Made by a program: the position numbers and the translations under genes. This document shows, piece after piece, positions 60,621 through 64,000 of a DNA stretch of 64,000 nt (position 1 is its first letter; every line of letters starts with the position of its first letter). Source of the DNA: Trichosphaerium sp. ATCC 40318 (Eukaryota; Protista; Tubulinea); NCBI GenBank assembly GCA_038496445.1, contig JALMLS010000538.1, positions 124,001 to 188,000 on the forward strand. Direction: 5' to 3'. The notes beneath the pieces were generated by a model that saw nothing but the letters and a program-made list of their open reading frames with translations, searched no databases and was not told the DNA's origin.

Positions 60621-61727
60621 CCCTAGGAGGAACACAAATTTTTTGGTGAAGGGACACAAAAATATTTCATTCATAAATTAACGTCAAATGGATAAGTCAT
60701 AGTGTAACTCAATAATATGAAAGTATACACTATGTACTATAACAGAATGCAGTGGTAAATCATAACATAGTAAGGGTAGCCAATTACACACATAGGAAAA
60801 AAACTTAAAATTTTTGGGGTGTAATTTTCGTCTCTGCTTCACATACTATATGAAGCTCTTATACTCCCCTTCTCGTTATATTTGCTATTTAAGATCGATT
60901 AAAACAAAATTACAAGGTGTAGTGCAATAATAAAATAGTAAGTTCATGCCTAATCTAAACCCAAAAAACGTCAAAAATGCACTTTTACTTCAAGTATTAT
61001 GAGCTTACAAAACAACCTTTTCCAATGCCTGTTTATATCATCTAAAAACACATATATCTGCTGTGTAAAACAATATTGATAGCTGAAAGGAAAAGTTTGC
61101 TGAGGTGCTATATCCATGCGAAAAGTGTATTTTGCTGCCAAATTTCAAAAAACATACTGACGTGACATGCCTTTCAAAAGCTGTATTTTTCTTTGTCATA
61201 GGTACTAAAGAGGTATTACTATATAGAACAATTTTGTTTTTTACAAACTGTTTTTTTGGTAGGGTTTTCTGAATCATCTAAATACAGCACATAAAAAGTC
61301 AACTTTTTTTTGAAATTTGGGCTAATTACTCTGTTTCAATGCATGCTCTTGCTTGGTTTTTTTATTTTCCTGTATTACACATAATCAGCAAGGACGTTAA
61401 GCATGGTTTTGAAAAAAGTGTTCACGGATTTTTTCCCCTTTTGTCCCCTATACATGCTAACCCTGCCAAAACTGTTTGAACAGATATATAGTGTGCTTGC
61501 TGATAATTTTTAGGTCTAAAATATCTTTTTGCTCATAGTAATGCTATTTTTACTTATTTGGAAAGACGTTTTATTTTTTATGTATCGCTCACCCTCTGCT
61601 GTTTTTTTACCATGAGGATATGTATTGTTGTGCTATATATTGCTGTCATGGTCAAGAGTGCATTTATTGTACAATTCGTGGACCTAAATTGTGTCCGCCC
61701 ACTAAAAAAAATGTGTCCCTCCATGGG
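60621..61727. mobile_element. Non-autonomous DNA transposon (1107 bp) with imperfect TIRs, CCC...GGG termini and ATAT flanks
   Basis: 60617-60659 vs reverse complement of 61689-61731: gapless 34/43 identity; ATAT directly on both sides (60617-60620, 61728-61731); AT-rich interior with no credible ORF. Confidence 0.7.
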
Positions 61728-61750
61728 ATATCGCTTTTTTGCATGAGTTT

Positions 61751-62264
61751 TTAACAACATAAACGAACTTCCTTGTTAGAATTAGAAATGGTAAAACTAG
61801 CAAGAACGTACATATGCATTGCAGCCCAAAATCCAGTGAACGCGCATCCAATATCATCACACCAATTCTTACACATTATCGCAAGCGTGTAGGGACCTTC
61901 CCATGGAGTGACAAATTGGTGTTCTCCTTGGTTTACAGCAAACAAGATTCCATTTATTTTACCTTCGACTGGCTCATACATTGGTTGAACTGGAACCTAC
62001 ACCAATACACTAAGCTTAAATCAACACACTACGTAGCTAATAAGTACAAAAGTAGAGGAATACCATGTCATATTACCACGAATAGCTGTGTAATAACTAC
62101 TGTAGTGAGTGCTAAAAGCTATTAAACGCCACCAAATAATTTAAAGACGACAGACTTAGCTACAGTAGTAGAGAAGATGTTATTGTAAATTTGATAAATT
62201 CATTGTAAGCAAGTAAAACCAGCATGAAGATAACAAAGGGCATCAATCGGACAACGACAGACAT
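61751..62264 (-). CDS. Possible small spliced Cys-containing protein (model unresolved)
   Basis: Exon-like GEHQFVTPWEGPYTLAIMCKNWCDDIGCAFTGFWAAMH bounded by AG/GT; 5' exons could not be joined confidently. Confidence 0.3.
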
Positions 62265-62494
62265 GTATTTTAATTCAAGCCTTTTTTGTGTTTACATGCC
62301 TTTCTCTATGTTCAGGTAGAACGCACCATGTTCTATTAAGCACACGGAATACTTGCAACAGGATTAGAATATATTCCGTTCCTGTATAATCACGTGACAA
62401 TTGGTATCTTGCTTCAGCACATTTACGAAATAGAAACTGGTATGAGGGAATTGTTTATTCTTTGCAAATGAGGCGTGAGGTATTAGTTTTTGCT

Positions 62495-64000
62495 TTAGTC
62501 AACAATGAGTATGGAACAGGAGTCATTAGCGCTCACAGCAAAGTAGTAAGAGTCGAACTTTTCACCTAGATCTTTAGGAGGTGTTTTGACCTGCTTTCCT
62601 CCTATCAAGAAAGAAACCTTTTTGTGTTCCATATCTATTGTTACTGTAACAATATCGCCCTTGTTAAACCCTTCTCCCCTGTAGCATTTCGTAGTTATCA
62701 TTTTATTTTGAATTACTTCACCAGATAAAGAGATACCAACACCATTGCTATTTACTTCACTACCCAACCTGCTTTGCAGGGAGAACTTTTCGCAAGGTAC
62801 AATCCCTAGTCTAAGTGACTGTGAGACGTCAAGGACCCTGTTGGAAAGGATTATTAGAATCGTCATCATCTCAAATGACACGTACTTGAAGGCAACACTT
62901 TTTTTGCCTTTGGACACTGAAGGTTCGAGAAGAGCAACACCTGGTACTAGTCAGTTACTTGTAAGGTTGAAATTGTCTTCGAAAAACAAGGAAGGCGTAC
63001 ATTCACGTCCTTTTTTCATAGTTGCAATGTTACCAAGTACATTCAAACTCCAAACCTGAAAATACTTAAATTGGTATCACATGATAATTTCTTTGTTCTA
63101 AAAATTTTTGTAGTACTTTGTTCTTGTTCTTGCTATCCGCGCTGAATCTTGGTAAATCAGCTTTAAGAACCAAATTTACTGGGTCACATTCTTTTATGTT
63201 CAACCGTAAAGTGAGCTGTTGAGCGTTAACAGACGCAATCTCACAGGTGACCAAGTTATTCATCTAGGCAGATGGTGAATTTAACGACATATCCCACAAC
63301 CCCACTTTGCTCCACAAACAAGAAAATTAGCGTACTTTATTAGATCCTTTCTTTAGCTGGGCTGTGTAAAGCGATGAGATGTTTGTGTTAACTGTTTGGG
63401 TAACCACGTACCTAGAAGGAATCCAAGAGTAGGCATCATTCCATTCGATAGTTCTGATATCTTGTCGTCATCTATCAAGTCCAGAGTGTACTTGGAGGCC
63501 GTTATACGCACATAAGCTTCTGGTACAAAGCGCTTTACAATGAATTCAATGCCATCTACGGTGAATATGAGGTCCATTTGTTGCGTTGTGTTGAGAGTTT
63601 GAAAAAAATGCTGCATGAATTGCTGCCAACTTTTCAGAAAAATTCGGAGTGTAATAGCCGAATACGCTTCAATTCTCTTCGTTGAAAAAGTAACTAATTA
63701 TTGGCTCGTTGTGTAAGAGTCTTCTAGATCTAGACTAGCATCTAAGTATGTCAATACGATGTTTTTACCTCACAAAACAGGTTGAAACATTGCTGCATCC
63801 AATCTTTTCCGGCACGTAATATAAACGACACAATTAGGCTTTTCTGTCTGCAGTTTGCTCAGTGAGTTATGTATGCTTCCACGAATTTGTTCAGTTCTTA
63901 GAGAAACAAAAGAGTTGAATGATGTTGGCATTGAACATTGTATTTTATTGGTACCAATACCATCTGTGATCTGTTGGCTTACATCCAAAGTTAGAAACCG
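62495..64000 (-). CDS. Protein with C-terminal SPRY/B30.2 domain (5' end outside window; spliced)
   Basis: SKGKKSVAFK...LRLGIV...RLG...GEGFNKGDIVTVTIDMEHKKVSFLIGGK...YYFAVS is typical of SPRY. Confidence 0.75.

Noticed and set aside
1-64000. Prokaryote-style reading (operons, defence island) and most short ORFs in the track
   Set aside because: The sequence is spliced eukaryotic DNA; most listed ORFs are exon-plus-intron read-throughs or antisense shadows. No tRNA, rRNA or telomeric repeat was recognised by eye, though a covariance-model scan would be needed to exclude small RNAs.

Overview
This is AT-rich (about 35% GC by eye), gene-dense eukaryotic nuclear DNA with very many short introns (mostly ~40-80 nt, typical donor GTACGT/GTAAGT). 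The ORF track therefore shows only exon fragments, and I rebuilt the gene models by hand from splice signals. The gene content (leishmanolysin, TerD, Cramped/TKI1, Zn2Cys6, many F-box genes) fits a free-living protist, most plausibly an amoebozoan; that assignment is inference. About 30 protein genes are present, plus an RCC1-repeat pseudogene, a 1.1-kb TIR element and a ~300-bp foldback element. I saw no rRNA, tRNA or CRISPR array. Most notable: (1) a spliced gene (15276-18596, minus) encoding a Macro-like domain interrupted by an RGG box and fused to a catalytically intact antiphage-type SIR2 (SIR2_2) NADase domain, a candidate eukaryotic immune sensor-effector; (2) the palindrome CACGTG occurs about 67 times by hand count versus about 6 expected, in exons, introns and intergenic DNA, and overlaps several GC-AG splice donors; (3) unusual fusions: F-box + GTPase-deficient Rho, F-box + amphipathic 39-aa repeats, OS-9 MRH + bacterial DNRLRE/CBM96-like domain, C2 + TerD; (4) intron-poor F-box/MORN/BTB/WD40/RCC1 genes that resemble giant-virus repertoires. 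Gene boundaries are hand-derived and approximate at the ends.
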